A DNA stretch of 64,000 nucleotides from Puccinia triticina (taxonomy: Eukaryota): positions 930,001 through 994,000 of the forward strand of contig CP110440.1 in assembly GCA_026914245.1 (NCBI GenBank), written 5' to 3'. Shown piece by piece: positions 26,548 to 40,391 of the stretch (positions are counted from its first letter, which is position 1; each line of letters starts with the position of its first letter). The position numbers and the translations under genes were made by a program. The notes beneath the pieces are model-generated. The model was not told the DNA's origin, did no database searches, and saw only the letters and a program-made list of their open reading frames with translations.

Positions 26548-29500
26548 CACAACGGCTGCAAGAAAAGTTTCTTGAATACAAGGTGTAATGTTTCCAGGTT
26601 AGAGCATGCTTTTTGAAACATTTGGAGGTGAAAATGTGGTTTAGGACACTTTACCTGTGCAGATCAGCCACCTGGGAACATTTCACGGTATCAATGCGGT
26701 TTTGGAGAAGTTTTGAGGTTAATAAGCGGTTATGGAGAAGTTTCACGGTTGGGATGTGGTTCCGTAAACATTTTGCACGCCATTAACCAATCTGAAACTT
26801 TCCCAACAAACGTATTTGCTACACCAAACGTTCATTGCGCCGGAACGCCGTAACATTTCTTGGAAATGTTTCTCATGCCATAACCAAATGTTTCCTTGAC
26901 CACTCTGAAACGTCCCTGAAATCCTGCAGTGTGGGCAAACATTTCTATGAGGTTTTGAAAATGTTCTGCCGACCCAAAAGGGTTATTCCAAACCCTGTAA
27001 CGTTTGCGCATACTGAAACATTTTTGATAAATGCTTCTGCTCCACTGCAGCCCCAATCGGCAATCACTGAAACTTCTCTATTGTCATTTACCGGATCCCA
27101 CCCTCCACCATCACAGCCATCTGCCGCATCTGACTTCAACCACCTCTGCCGCCGCCGCCCGATTCCCCAAATGCCCAATACCAATCCGGTAATCAAAGAG
27201 GTTACCCCAGAAGACACGGAATTGTTGGATGTTGAAGGGGTAACCAGCCCTCCACCTGCTCCCCACCAATTGGTCCTTGCGCGCAATATACGTCTGGGAC
27301 AAACTCTACGCTACCAACACCCCAAAGAGGATGGCAATGTGCATACATTGCCATGATCAATACATTTCTATTACATAGGTCTTAGCCGGTCTTACCACCA
27401 AGTATAACCTTGTGATACAATCATGTAACTGAGATTTAAACTTTTTTTTACTTGGTTAACTGATCCCATCCCAGTAAGAGGTGTTTTTGAGGGAAGTAAG
27501 ATACATATAAGAGTTGTGTTAGAGCAATGTTAGAGCATGGCAATGTGCACTCATTGCCATCATTTTTGGGGTGGTGTACGCTGCCAACAGCAACAGACCC
27601 GCCAAAGAAGCCCCCACCTACAGGATGGTCAACACGGACTCATATCTGGCCCCATTCCAGCTCGGCGTTTCTCAATTGACGCAGTTCAACTTTGCATTGT
27701 TCAAACGTTGAGTCATGCGTCAGTCCATGCAACAGGCCGGGGCAAGCATGCCTCATCCAATCAACATTGTGTCCGTTTACGCTGATTTCAGGGACATTCT
27801 AACTTGGAAATATGTGATCAATCAGTCAGCCAATGTGCCCATGAAATTCCTTGACTCAATCACATTTAGCAAGTTCCAGATGGGAGCTTTAGAAGCACAT
27901 CCCAAGACGCGAGTCTAGATTTCGCTTGAGATGGATACAAAGGCAATCTCTTTTCAATCCAATGCTGTCCTGACCTTAATAGTGAATTTTTTTATTTATT
28001 TATTTATTACTTATGCTCACTAACCTATCCAACCCCGTCCCCCTCCCCCTTGTTCCTTCCCTAGTGCAACAGGGGCAAGGGCTTACCCGGTCAGACCAAC
28101 CCGCCAAATTTCATGAAGACACCAGGCCAACCAACAGACGCCGCATCTCCACGTCTCCTTCCCCAGCTGTTGCAGCCGTCCCAGCAGATGATGATATTTT
28201 TTCTTGGCCACCCCACACTTACCAGACCCGCGCATCTCCAGCCCCAACTGTCCCCGCTGTTTCAGTCGCCGCAGCTCCAGCCTCTACCGCCCCAGCAGTC
28301 GCAGCTGTCCCGGCGGACAATGATATGTTCTCTTGGCCACCCCACAATTACCAGACCATTGCCAATTTACAGCTTTGCCTTTGCCCGGCTCATCCTTTGC
28401 AAGGATACAGCCCTCTGGGATGGCAATAATGAAAGAAAAGTGACTGAAGATCGAGGATGAGAGAAGACAAGGGCTGAAGAAGTCAAGAGCACAAGATGCT
28501 CAGGGACTCAGAACAAAAGATCAGAAGTCTCCAAAGGAGCAGGTCTGTCTGATATGGGCCCGGAACTGAGTGAGTGTGTATTTCATGAGGGAACAGAAGA
28601 AATACACTGTGGCAAGGGGCCTAGAGAGGGGGCCTAGTTGGCTATGGAACACTCTGGAAAGGAAAAGAACAACAACAGAAATAACCCCTCTTCTGGGCAT
28701 GGGGCAGAATTCTAACAAATAAGACAGTTGACTGTGTCACTGCAGCTGACTGTGCTATGTATGCCAACAGCCACAGAGGTAGAAGAAGAAATCACTGCCT
28801 ACCATTGGCAAGGAGGTGAAGACTTAGCAACCCCGGCGCTAGCCAATCTGAACAACTTTAGTGAACCCTAGTTTTTGCATCCTATCTCATCCACCCTTCC
28901 ACCTTCTGACTAAGTAGCACGGCAGACCCTCCCTCCCTTTTATCTCACTTGTATGCCTCCCTGTTATGATTGTTACCCTCAACCCCTGCAATTGAAGCCA
29001 GTGACTCAAGACCCTCACTGTGTAAAGCGACAGTCCAAATGTCTGCGCCCGGCAAACAATTCCAACCAAACAGCAGGATAGCTGGGCGGAATTGCAAACA
29101 TTTCAACAAACAATCGCGCACAAGCGCTGAGTTTGATCAAACGTTTGATGAACTTTGGAAGTTCTGGAGAACATCTTTGAACATACAGGCCGTTTTACCC
29201 AAGTTATCCAACTTTTCGAATTGAGTCTGAAATGTCTTGGGCTTTCAAGAAAACATTGGTTTTTGAGTCCCAAAAAGTTTTGCTAACCTCCAACCAAATT
29301 CAATTGATTTGGGAATGTTTCAGTCAATCCAGGGAATGTTTTTCCCTGGGTGAACAGTTTTCATAACCGTCTGCCAACGTTGCGGGTTTCAAAAGCCGAA
29401 TATTAACCAAATGTAAACTATTTGATGGAACTCTCACAAAACTTCTCAAAGTGGTTTCCGCGGGGGCCTGGACCCGACGTCCAATCTGGATTCAATTGAA

Positions 29501-29556
29501 AACTATTTTGAGTGGTTTCAAATACCACTCAAAATAGTTTGGTTGCAGCCGTGGTG
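26548..29556. mobile_element. 3-kb CAC-terminated element with degenerate coding remnants
   Basis: CACAACGGCTGCAA ... TTGCAGCCGTGGTG termini, GAAAC/GTTTC subterminal repeats; flanks TAC/TAA imperfect. Confidence 0.65.
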
Positions 29557-29985
29557 TAATCACTCCCCTTGATGGCTGGTTCGTTCCGGTCATCGAGGGG
29601 ATGATGTAATGATTTTGATGACCGGAACGAGCCGGCTATTGAGAAGAGTAATCACTCACCTCAATGGCCGGCTCGTTCCGGTCATCGAGAAGAGTAATCA
29701 CTCCCCTCGATGGCCCGAACGGAGCGGAGATCAATAGTTCCGGCCATCGAGAGGAGTACATCATCCCCTCGATGACCAGTTCGTTCCGGTCATCGAGAAG
29801 AGTAATCACTCCCCTCGATGGCCCGAACGGAGCGGAGATCAATAGTTCCGGCCATCGAGAGGAGTACATCATCCCCTCGATGACCAGTTCGTTCCGGACA
29901 TCGAGAGGAGTGCATGATCCCCTCGATGACCGGAACGGAACGGACTAGGAGAGGAGTAATCACCCTCTTCGATGACCGGGGGAGT
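29557..29985. repeat. GATGACC/GGTCATC palindromic-unit array with ~108-bp higher-order repeat
   Basis: Repeating TCGATGACC...GGTCATCGAG units. Confidence 0.85.
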
Positions 29986-30595
29986 GACCTCCATGTTGAC
30001 AAATCCGTGGTTCCGTGGTACGCCTTTTGGCACACCTCGGATTGTGGACTCAGGGAATCCAAGGGGGAAATGGAATCTCAGCAGAACATAATTTTTGGGG
30101 GCGCGGAATCCGAGGTTCGAATTCCCGGAAAGCTATGGTACAGGCCCTAATACTTGGTCATCCGACAATGGCCATTTGGTCTTGTAACTCGCCTTTGAGG
30201 CCTGATTTTGTATATGCATTTTCGGGCACAGACTTTGAAGGACTTTGAGAAGTGACTTGTCTTGTTATGCATTTTTTTTATTCTCTTTCTTTGTGGCATC
30301 AACAAGCAACCCTTTTCGGAATACCCCTTGACTAGCTTACATTTATAACTAGGCAGGGCAGACTGACTGCTGAGCGGTTATGGACCCAGGAGAGCGGTAC
30401 GAAGGGGGGTGACTTGCGGCCCGGTCAAGGGAATGTCGTCATCAGAGCGAGCTTATGTAATCTGATGTCTACCCTATGTAGATGTAAGGTTTCGCCAATA
30501 CATAGCAATCGGCTTCACTGCCCAACCAGAACAGTGAACACCAACCAACCAGGCCATCAAAACACCGGAATCGCAAACACCCAAGGAGACTCACC

Positions 30596-33500
30596 ATGGA
30601 GTCAGAGCCATCCTCGCCCGAGCAGGAGCAGGAAAACAGTAGCAGCAACACCAAACTACCAAAACACCTCCAATTGCCATCAGGCCTAAACCGGACAGAT
30701 AAAACTTACCCCAACCTAATGCCCTATCCGATCGAATCCCTCGAAGAGATGGATACCCATCTCGAGCTGATCATCCAGCACCTACTAGAAGCTGCTGAAG
30801 CAAAAGACTTCGAATAGTTAAGCCCTCCAGACTCACACATATCTATATAGCATACCCAAGAGGCTGACTCAGCTCCTGACCTCTGCCCCAACAGTGCCTT
30901 CAGTTATTGGCAGCAGGTTCTCGAGAAATGGCTTGATTTCCGATACCCCATCAAACGCCGTCTTAGGGCCCGCTTGGCTGCCCTACTGTACAATCTCACT
31001 GGTGCGCATCGTTCTTCTCACCTTATTTCCAATCGCTGAAGCTTAATCGTGGAGTTCTCATTTTCCAGTTTCTCGTGGTATGGATCCTGATTGCGTCGCG
31101 CGAATGGCTAAGCTATTGATAGTTCTCATCAAGTAAGCCACCGCCACCTGCATCATTTCTGAAAAAAACAAAGGTAACTAATCTCTGTCATCTACTTTTC
31201 CCAGGTCAGATAAAACCCTGGATGTTCGAGATCTTCAATTGGACTGGAAGCCACTCTATGATGTTTTGAAACCTGAAATATTCCCCAAACAGCGCGCTAT
31301 CGGCCTAACAACCATCTATCTAACCTATCTCAATTTGGCAGAGTTTGCAAACGCTTATTTCCCTCCGCACAATTCCACGGAGATACTGGAAGCCTTCCTT
31401 CCCGAACTGAACGGCCCAGAAGTCAACACCGTCCTCAGCACTCAGTCTCTTCTATGTCACTTTTTGCCAATCAGTCATCCGCTCCCTTGGCTTGATTCAA
31501 TCTTCCGACTTTGGAACACTTTCCAAAGCCAAAGTTGGGATTCGCAATGGCTCGATCTGCTCGCACGACTCTCACTTAAACATCTCGATCCTAATGCTAG
31601 CGATCCACGCCTAGAACAAATTTTGAAGAACCTCAAGCCTGGTGACAAGTTTGATGATATAGCTCTAGAAACTATTTCGAGCTTTGAAGGTCAAGAGGCT
31701 TGGTCTGGGATCCATCGGGACGTCGGGATCTATACAGAGCGCCAATGGTCATTCATCATGACTCAGTGTATTCGATATTTCAGCGTACCTGTAGGATCTA
31801 AAACCACACAAGCAGTAGCGACCTACAGCGCTCAGGTTACCGATATCACAGTATCTTCGCGGGTCCTCAAGATGCTCAAACCGTCAGAAACCCTCAGGTC
31901 GTTTGCCACCATCATAATCGCTTCCATGACCGAGGATCCCAAGTCGGGCGACTGCCGCGCGCTCACGTCGCTATCCAGATTATTAACGGCAATGGAAACT
32001 TTTTTCCATCCTTCAAACTACGGACGTTGGTCGGCGAAGCTCGCCAAGTTTTTAAACTATCTTGTCAAACAATTTGCCCGTCGGTGGAGCTCAGAATCTA
32101 GGGCTGAACAAAGCACGCCCGATCGCTGGAAGTTGACGGCCCAGATCAAGAAGCGATTTGTGAGCATGTTAAGTAATGTACTCTTGATGTCTATGTTTTC
32201 CAAGGACTCGACTACATCAACTTGGACTCAGCACGCTTTGAAGGTCGCCGCTTTTCTCGAACCTAGCGTGATGGTGCCGCCAATCGTCGAGCGCTCCGTC
32301 TTGGCCCTCGAGGGTCTGTTGGAGGTAGATCTTCATTTCGGATGGAATCTTCTTTTACACGATTGGCAATTTGCTTACACATCCTCCCTTATCACATAGA
32401 CTCATCGTACAACAGCGTGCATTGCTGCGTTAACATCAGTCATGGGAAGTATGCTCAGTGTACAGTCTTTTCGCAACGTTGCTGGCAGTTTACCTGCCAT
32501 TCTCGACTTACTTTTGCCGGGAATCGACCCAAATGATGCAAGCAAAACGATGTACACTGCTATGCTCGTATTACAAACGGTCTCCAAGATCAAAATCAGT
32601 GAAAGCACGGTGATGTCCGATCCAGAACAGGAACAAATTGAGATTGGAGACTTGAGCCAATTTAACCCCAGCCAACCCGATAACGGGACGATCGTGCTAG
32701 AATCTGAAAGCTTTTTGTCGGATTGGGCGCTAACCTATTTCCAAAGGGTGATGAGTGTTTTTGAGAATTTACCGGAGCCACAAGGTAAACAGGAGAAGAC
32801 GGGAGGGAAACTGGAAGAGAACACGATCAACTTCCTATCTGCCTCGTTTGATGAGCTTTGCAAGGCGGTCTCACCCGAGCTCGGGCTCAAGATGGTCGAT
32901 TATTTCAAGTCTTACGTCTCCGACAACGTTCGATCAAACATGGTCAAGGCTGTTGGCTTAATAGCTGGCTCACTCACTCGCGGAATCTCTGGAGCAGCCA
33001 CCTTTAAATCTATCTACCCTTTGTGCGACACCAGGATCCGTGCTGAGTTGGAGGCTGGCGCGGCTTCCGTTCATACGATGTCAACCAATTCACCTACGGG
33101 CTCAGATCTTCGGTTACATTGGTTCTTTAGCATTATAATCGGGATCTCTAATAATTCTGGCCCTACAGTACGTCCTAGTTCTTTTTCCTTGAGCCATTCT
33201 GTGACTTCCCACTACGTATAATAATCACTTTTGAGGTATGATCTCTCTAACTAAATTGTTGTTTGTGCGTGGTTGGTTTCTAGATCGTAGAATTTAAGGA
33301 GTCAATTTTGTCTCTACTCAAGTTGGTCATGAAGGATTGCAAAACTGAACGGTCATACCTCTATACATCGACGCTCCTCTACACTCTTTTGAGAGCTCTC
33401 ATCGAATATTATCCCGAGGACAGTCGGTTTTTAAACCCAGAGGAGTGGGATGGTTCAAGTACATATTTCCTTTTCTCATCAAGTGCCCATTGTTGGATGA

Positions 33501-36500
33501 ATCGCTGGTACTTATTTCATCGCTATTCTGTTTTAGATTCTACAAATCATCATCAGTCACTGTGGGGAAAGACTTATAAAGCCCAAGATGCGCAAGTTGA
33601 GTGACCTTTTTCGCATTTTGCCAAGGTCTTCGTACAACTTTGACTGAATATCGAGGAGAAAAACAACTGATAACACAACACAAATATGCTGGTGCTCAAT
33701 AGATTCGCTGGCATGTGCCATCATCTGAGGAAATCGACTTCGCGATCACCATTCTTGAAGAGGTGGTCCAACCATACATGGTCGAGCTCGATGAAGTTCT
33801 TAATCAGTCCACCCTCAACCATGATGAGAAGTGTAACTTCGTCAAGCTATGTGCGATGGCCAAGTTTGTTATCACCGGGATCTCTGCCTTTGTCGTTATG
33901 GGCTCCCCCGATAATCCCGGTCAGCCATATACGCATTGGGGGTCAGTACTCGTTTTCAATCATTCGGGTGACATCAAACTCAATCTGATGTAATGCCAAA
34001 ACCAACCAACCGTTACAACATTATTGCATAGTATCTTCGCTAATCTTGTTCAATCAGCAGGTTTGGCTGATTGATGTCACCCGAATTTGCTTACTACCAA
34101 CCCCAAACTGTCTAATGCTGATGCGAAGTTTTATTTTACTTGCAGAGAGCCTCTCCCAAGAGCTATAGAAGACCTTCCGATGGTCCGTACGGGGATCCCC
34201 TTAGCGAGTCCAGATGGGCGTTGGGCTAGAGTGGTGAAATTCAAAGCATCAGTCTCGGAGCTGGCCCACCAGGCGGCGACGAAAACGACCCTCTATGAAG
34301 ATAACATCAAATGCGTTCAGTCCATTGTATCCTTGATGTCTTCGATCCTTTTGGATTATGCCTGTGAAAGTCCCATTCATGATTATCATAAGGAGAACTA
34401 TAAATTTGTTCAAGACATGGTGAGTTTTTCCCGGCGCCCCTCATAGGAGGATGTTGTGTAGACTGGTTTTTTTTTGATGTGGCTAGACTCGAATATCAAA
34501 GTCGCAGCAAGAATATCCAAGGGTTTACTGGAGTAAGTTGATGAAGTTATATATCCCGATTGATAGCTGATGGTGATTGGGGACATTTACTTTTTGTTGT
34601 CTTTTACAAATTAGTCCGTCGGGCTCAGCTGGCCCATTTCACCCGACTGCGATCGCTCAAGCTCTTCGTCCGACGGAGTTCGGTTGACGATAAACTGATC
34701 CAAGATCTGACCGAGTTTTCAGTATCTTCGTGGGTTTCGATCAGGCGATCGGCACAGAAGGTCTTGGATGCAGCCTGTAAGTCCGGTTATCATCAAAATC
34801 TTTTGCCTGACCAAACTGATCCCGGTGGTTTCCACAGGTCACCTTTATGATGGGAGTCGAAACTTGATCTTGCCCACTTTGTTCGATTCTCTCAAGCCTG
34901 GTGCCGAGTCCGATCGGACCAAAGGCGCCATTTACGTCTTGGCCTCCAAGACGCTCTTCAAATTCTGTGTAGCAGATCCTCAATCTTGCTCTACTTTCTA
35001 CTTGTCTTTGCTACGCTGTCAGCATTCTGAGAAGGTTAGTTACCTGAGTTTTTTATTTTGAATTATTCATACTGAGATTCTTATTGATTTATATATTTGC
35101 AGTCTTCGATTCAGTCCCTGGTGTCGAAGTGCGTCTCAAAGTGTCACGAAATATTCCTGACGGAACGCTGACGATCCCTTTGCATTTTTCTCTTCAACTG
35201 CAGCTTACTCGGCCAAATGACATTACGTCAGAAAGAACCATCTACTTTGAAAAATACGATTCAGATTGATGGTACCGATGAGATGATTAGATCCTTGAAT
35301 TCTGAACTGACGCGTCACTCCATAAATCCCGAGATATCTCAAATCCTTGAATCCAGGAGGCAAGCCCGGGTTGAAAGCAAGGACACCTGGTCACATCAAT
35401 TGGTTGGTGTCATATATTTATTCCTGTTGTTTAGACTATCCATTCACGTAGTTTTTGTTTGTCGAAAAGGTGGATGATTTGCTCGATATTGCCGAGGCCC
35501 CTTCGACTCACTGGAAGTACTCGCTTCATGCCGATCGCTTATTGAGCAGTATAGTGAGACGCGATGAGGTAATTGGTTTCTTTTACGCAAACTACCTTTG
35601 CAAATTATCCGGATGTTGATGTGTTTTTATTGTAGCCTATCAATGCAAGAGTGGCAGCTCACTTCGTGAACGAGCTTGCGACCTCCGAGCTGCCCGCCAA
35701 GCGAACCCATGCTATCTCTACTATCACCACGATGCTCCATTTCGTCAAACTTCGGACTTTCATCGAGTCAGATAAAGATCTGCTCACGGGAGAATCACGC
35801 AATCCTCTTCGAATGACCGTGGATCTTCCATCCCCGCAGGACCGCGAACAATTTGACAAGTAAGATATACATGACCATTGAACTACTCTCAGAGAATGCA
35901 CCCCTGATCATTTGGGTGTATATGCGATATAGATTTCTTGCAGAGCTACAGCGCCCATTGAAAGACCATCCGCAGTATTTTGTAGACAAATTCCTGACCG
36001 GTTGGTTAATCTGTGGTTCGGAAAAGGTGTACAAGCCGCCTGATGAGGCCTCTGGGACGGTTTGGGAAAGCCCATCCGGTCCAGCTCTGGACGCTCTAAA
36101 AGGGGTCATGCGACAGAAAGTCTTCTGGGAAAAGATGGCGGCTCATTTGAGTCAAGAGCACACCAGGAATTATATTTCGTTGAGTGATCTTTCGTTTCAT
36201 TTGCAACTGATTGTTACTTGCATACTGACATATATCGCAACGTGCAATCAGGTCTGAGAATGTGATGGCTATCAGTGAGTGCTTTTTCCCTTCAATATTG
36301 AAACGGCCGATGATATTTCCCCTTCTGATCTAAGAATTGCTCATCATTCTTAGAATCTATCTTTCAAATCTTCGGCGATGAACTTTGGCTGAGCCTCTTG
36401 CCTACACTAGAAGAATTACTCGCTGATCCAGAAGACCGACACAAGCAGAGAGCCGCAGCCGAAATCATCAGTGGTACGTTCATCGTCTTCGTACTCGATC

Positions 36501-38552
36501 TTGTCCCGAGAGCCTGATCGTCCATCCTGTTCCTATTTGTCATCTTACCTTCCAAGGGGTTATTCGAAGCACTAAGCATGTAAGTCTCAGTATTCAAGAT
36601 CTCCTTTCTCTGGCATATTATTGATCGTGAGAATCCATACTGCTCGTCTTTCCCAGTGGCCGTTGAAACAACAGAACATCGTTTGGAGTTGGTTCGAAAA
36701 TTGCCTGAAGAAAATATACGATTCGATCACTCCAGACATGTTAAGTTGCTGGGTGATGTGCGTGGATTACATTTTATGGGGCAGGGACCCCCGAAGGAAT
36801 CAACCTCTGGTTGACTGTAAGTTCTTATCGATTTTACTTTCAGCGTTGTGTAGTCAGCTAATTTTCGAGGAGTAATCAATCATCCCTAGTCATTTTGAAC
36901 TTGGAAACGGATAGCAATACTTCTGCGTTTCTGACTAGTAAAGCTCATCAGTTCATCGGCGCTCTTCTTCGATCATTGGCTTGTTAGTTCTTCGTCATCC
37001 CAAGTAGATACTACTGCGTGTAAAAGATTATTGATCCGAGTTCTTCTTCTTAGGGCCATTCATGCAACCTTTACTACCCAAGTATACGGATATTTATTGG
37101 AAATCTATTGGCCATGATTATCGCGAGGTTTGTGAGGAAGTCTATTCGGAAAGACAAAAGACTCGCGCATCCAAGGTCACTGATGTTCTTTGCTGATTTC
37201 TTACACTTACAGGTTCGAAATTGCGTCAGTTTAAACCTGCGAAGCTTAAACGAAGCTGAAACGCAGCCTTCGTTTCGGGATCTGTCGTGTTTTCTGGAGG
37301 CTTGTCGAGCTGGAACCGATGAACCTTTACTTGCCACCGATACGCTACTAAATGGAGTGCTTCCGGACCTGTTCAATGACCTGGAGAAGTTTAGGAAACT
37401 TAGATTACCGGCTCAACATGGCGACCAGGAGTACGATAAATGTTCGATGACCGTGTTGGCGTGGCTTTGGTCATGCTTAAGCGATGTACAAGCAGTCAGT
37501 CCTCGCTCGGCTTTTAATAAATGTGATCACATGGAAGTATCAAGACCGCTAAAGCCTCTTTATTCTTTCCTCCAGGCCGCCGCTCACCCCTTTATCCCGC
37601 AAATTATTCCAGAGCTATTCTACATGCACGAGATGATTGATAATCAAGAGCTTAGTAAGCTTTCTCATACGACCTTGATGACTCTGGCGACACTTGCTTG
37701 GCCGTGTATGTTGGTAGACCGTTTTTTGGCTACCTTGCTGGATCTATCTCAGGCAAGGAGCTGGAAGGTCCGACTGGATGTACTTACCGTACTCCGAGGT
37801 ATGTGTTTGGATCTAACCAACCGGGGATGCCGAGAATTTGTTTACGCTTGCTGAAAAAGATGTTACTTGTTCCTTTCAAACTTGACGGAAAAAGTGTTTT
37901 TCTTCCATCAAATCTACAACTTGAGTAGACCACAAGTAGAGGAGGTGATGGAGAGCTTGTGCAAGTTGTTAGAAGATTCAAATATGGAAGTGCGAGAGGC
38001 AGCAGCGACAACACTTTCAGGCATCGTACACTGCTCGGAGCGAGAGTCGATTTTACATCTCAAGGAGAGGTTCACGAAGACTTTGCGAGATAATCCAGTG
38101 CCGAAACAGAGGTTTCTAGAGAATGGGGTCGAGCGGCCCGGCTACCAGTCCACCCTGATCAAGATCCATTCTGCGGTCCTCGGCTCTTCCGCACTCGTCA
38201 ATGCCTTCCCCTACGATGTCCCCCCTTGGGTCCCTCAGATCTTGATTCATAATCTCTGCTCTCATTTGAGCTCCCCTCCGATGATCTCTACTACGGCTAG
38301 AAGCACTCTAACCGTCTACAAAAAAACCCACCAAGACGTAAGACTTATACACTTTTTCACCTTAAATATCATTTCATCCATGCCCTTTTTTCTAGTCTCT
38401 CATATTCGTATTTACGCTGATTTATTTATTTTTTGTTTGTTTGATCGGTTGTTTATTTAACAAAGACTTGGTTTGAAGGTCAAAAAATGTTCAGTGAGGA
38501 AGAATTAACAATCTTGAACGATTGTTTGGTCGGCTCTTCTTACTACGCTTGA
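30596..38552 (+). CDS. BLM10: Proteasome activator Blm10/PA200 (many introns)
   Basis: LDWKPLY, ETFFHPSNYGRW, LPGIDPNDASKT, GRDPRR, VREAAATTLSGIVH, LGSSALVNAFPYDVPPWVP, YKKTHQD, C-terminal SSYYA* HbYX motif; GT..AG introns join the ORF pieces. Confidence 0.95.
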
Positions 38553-38784
38553 GCTTGTCTCAATCTACATTCATGTGGTCTGGACGGTTAATTTGACAAT
38601 TCTCCAGTTTCTATTTGTTTTCTTACCAAGCTCTATATTGTAATCAATGGTCATTGTACCTGTTTCATTGTGTGTAATAATCTGCTCGTTATTCCATTAC
38701 TCGTTGTGCTTGCTGTGTCCTGCTCAACCCGCATCAACCCTTGAGACATTTGAAATGTCCAAAAGGGTTTCTATCATGATCCAT

Positions 38785-39163
38785 GGGGGTTCACAATTGA
38801 ATTTTACAAAACTTGGGTAAATTTAAGGCCTTTATGAACAAAATTTCAAACTTTTGGTAAGATGTGCATGATGAGGTGTTGCTGTTCAACCAGTAAAACA
38901 TAGCAATTTTTTAAAAAGAATTATGGTGTTCAAAGTTGGTTTGCATAGTTTTATGCATGCATAAATCATAAAATCATAAGATCTTTTTTGCAGGGGATAT
39001 AACTGTCCAATTATGTAATACAAAATTTCCTTGTCAAAATATTTTTATGATTTTATGATTTATGCATGCATAAAATTATGCAAACCAACTTTGAACACCA
39101 TAAATGTTCTTAAACACCTTAAAATATGTCCTAAAGTTTTGCAAATTTCAATTGTGAACCCTC
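38785..39163. mobile_element. AT-rich MITE with long inverted arms
   Basis: GGGGGTTCACAATTGAA ... TTCAATTGTGAACCCTC and inner TTATGGTGTTCAAAGTTGGTTTGCATA arm; TSD not clear. Confidence 0.7.
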
Positions 39164-39451
39164 CTATTAAACTCAGATTCTGTAGGATGACAAAATTGTT
39201 GCCAAAGTCCACAAAGAGAGAGCAATTTTGTTGAGTGTGTATTGTGTTTTTCAGGAAGCTTGGACTGTTCACCAGGGGAGACTTTGACGCACTCTCCAGA
39301 GAGTGCCAGAGTCTAATTTTATGTTGTTTTGGGTCTGATGTGAGTCAGATGTGGATAAGGAAATGATTGATAAATTCTTCAGAAGTCAATGGGAAGTGTG
39401 TCAGAAGTGATGTGGAATTATCACAGTACCTTGTGCAATGTTGTATAGAAC

Positions 39452-39840
39452 CAACAAAGGGTAGTTACGCTACGTGTAACGCGTAGATAACGGTAACGTA
39501 ACAGAATTTTTGTCGTTATCTACGCGTTACGCGTAACGGCGGTGCGATTACGTTAGCGCACCACATTAAGCCCTTTTTTTTATGTTTGTTGCGTTATCCG
39601 GGCGCGCCGAGCCCCTGAGATAGGGCAAAAAATGAGGCTAAAAAAGCCTTAAATGGTCCGTTATCGCGTTATCCGGGGGATAATGCGATAACGGGCCTCA
39701 TTTTTGAGGCCCGTTACGTTGCGCGCGGGGCCTGAAACTTCCCCGTTACTAGTAAAGTAATGGGGGGTCCCGGATAACGGGGGTAGTTACGTCACAAAAA
39801 TCGCGCGGATAACGCAACGTAACGTAACTACCCTTTGTTG
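39452..39840. mobile_element. MITE with 7-bp TSD (P-element-like), copy 1
   Basis: TIR CAACAAAGGGTAGTTACG; TSD ATAGAAC on both sides. Confidence 0.9.
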
Positions 39841-39881
39841 ATAGAACCATTTAATTTTCTAAGGATAACTTAATTACAATC

Positions 39882-40175
39882 TGTCATGAAATCATCCAAG
39901 TTTATTAAAATCACAGAAACACAGAAGGCAAGATCAAAGTTTTTGCCTGTGCTCATTAGCAAAAATCCCACAACCGTTGAAATTAATCCCCAAACACCCC
40001 AGAGGGCACCTCGGATTGACCCTCCAGCCCGTGCCGGAGCAACAGGCAAAAGAAGGTTGGTCAAAAATGTAATCAAGGAGGCCCTAATCAAGTGATTAGT
40101 GGGCTCCAGGGAGGGGGGTGGGATGAAACCACATCCCCTGGGGGGACAAACAGCTTCCCCCACACCCTTTAAGTA
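39882..40175 (+). mobile_element. LTR-like fragment, same family as 9787 and 62685
   Basis: TGTCATGA start; shared GACCCTCCAGC..GTGCC and GGGCTCC..GGGAGGGGG..GAAACC..CCCCTGGGGGG blocks. Confidence 0.6.
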
Positions 40176-40188
40176 TCCGACCAGCTGC

Positions 40189-40391
40189 CAACGCTGAAAC
40201 AAGTACGATACATGGTGTGTATCTGGTAAACGTTTTTCATTGAAGATAAAGACCCACAAGTCCTATTTTTTGTTTTTAGCCCTGATTATTTATAGGATGG
40301 CTGAAAACAAAAAATAGCACATGTAGGTCTCCATCTTCAGTGAAAAATGTTTACCAGATACGCTCCATGTATTGTACTTGTTTCAGCATTG
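40189..40391. mobile_element. Palindromic 203-bp MITE, 7-bp TSD
   Basis: ~93-bp arms CAACGCTGAAACAAGTAC...; TSD CAGCTGC / CTGCTGC. Confidence 0.82.

Noticed and set aside
30815..30817. Premature stop in BLM10 exon 1
   Set aside because: The TAG overlaps the intron donor (TA|GTTAAG); splicing gives TAT and keeps the frame
31239..38460. Separate genes for each long ORF
   Set aside because: All are exons of one BLM10 gene joined by GT..AG introns
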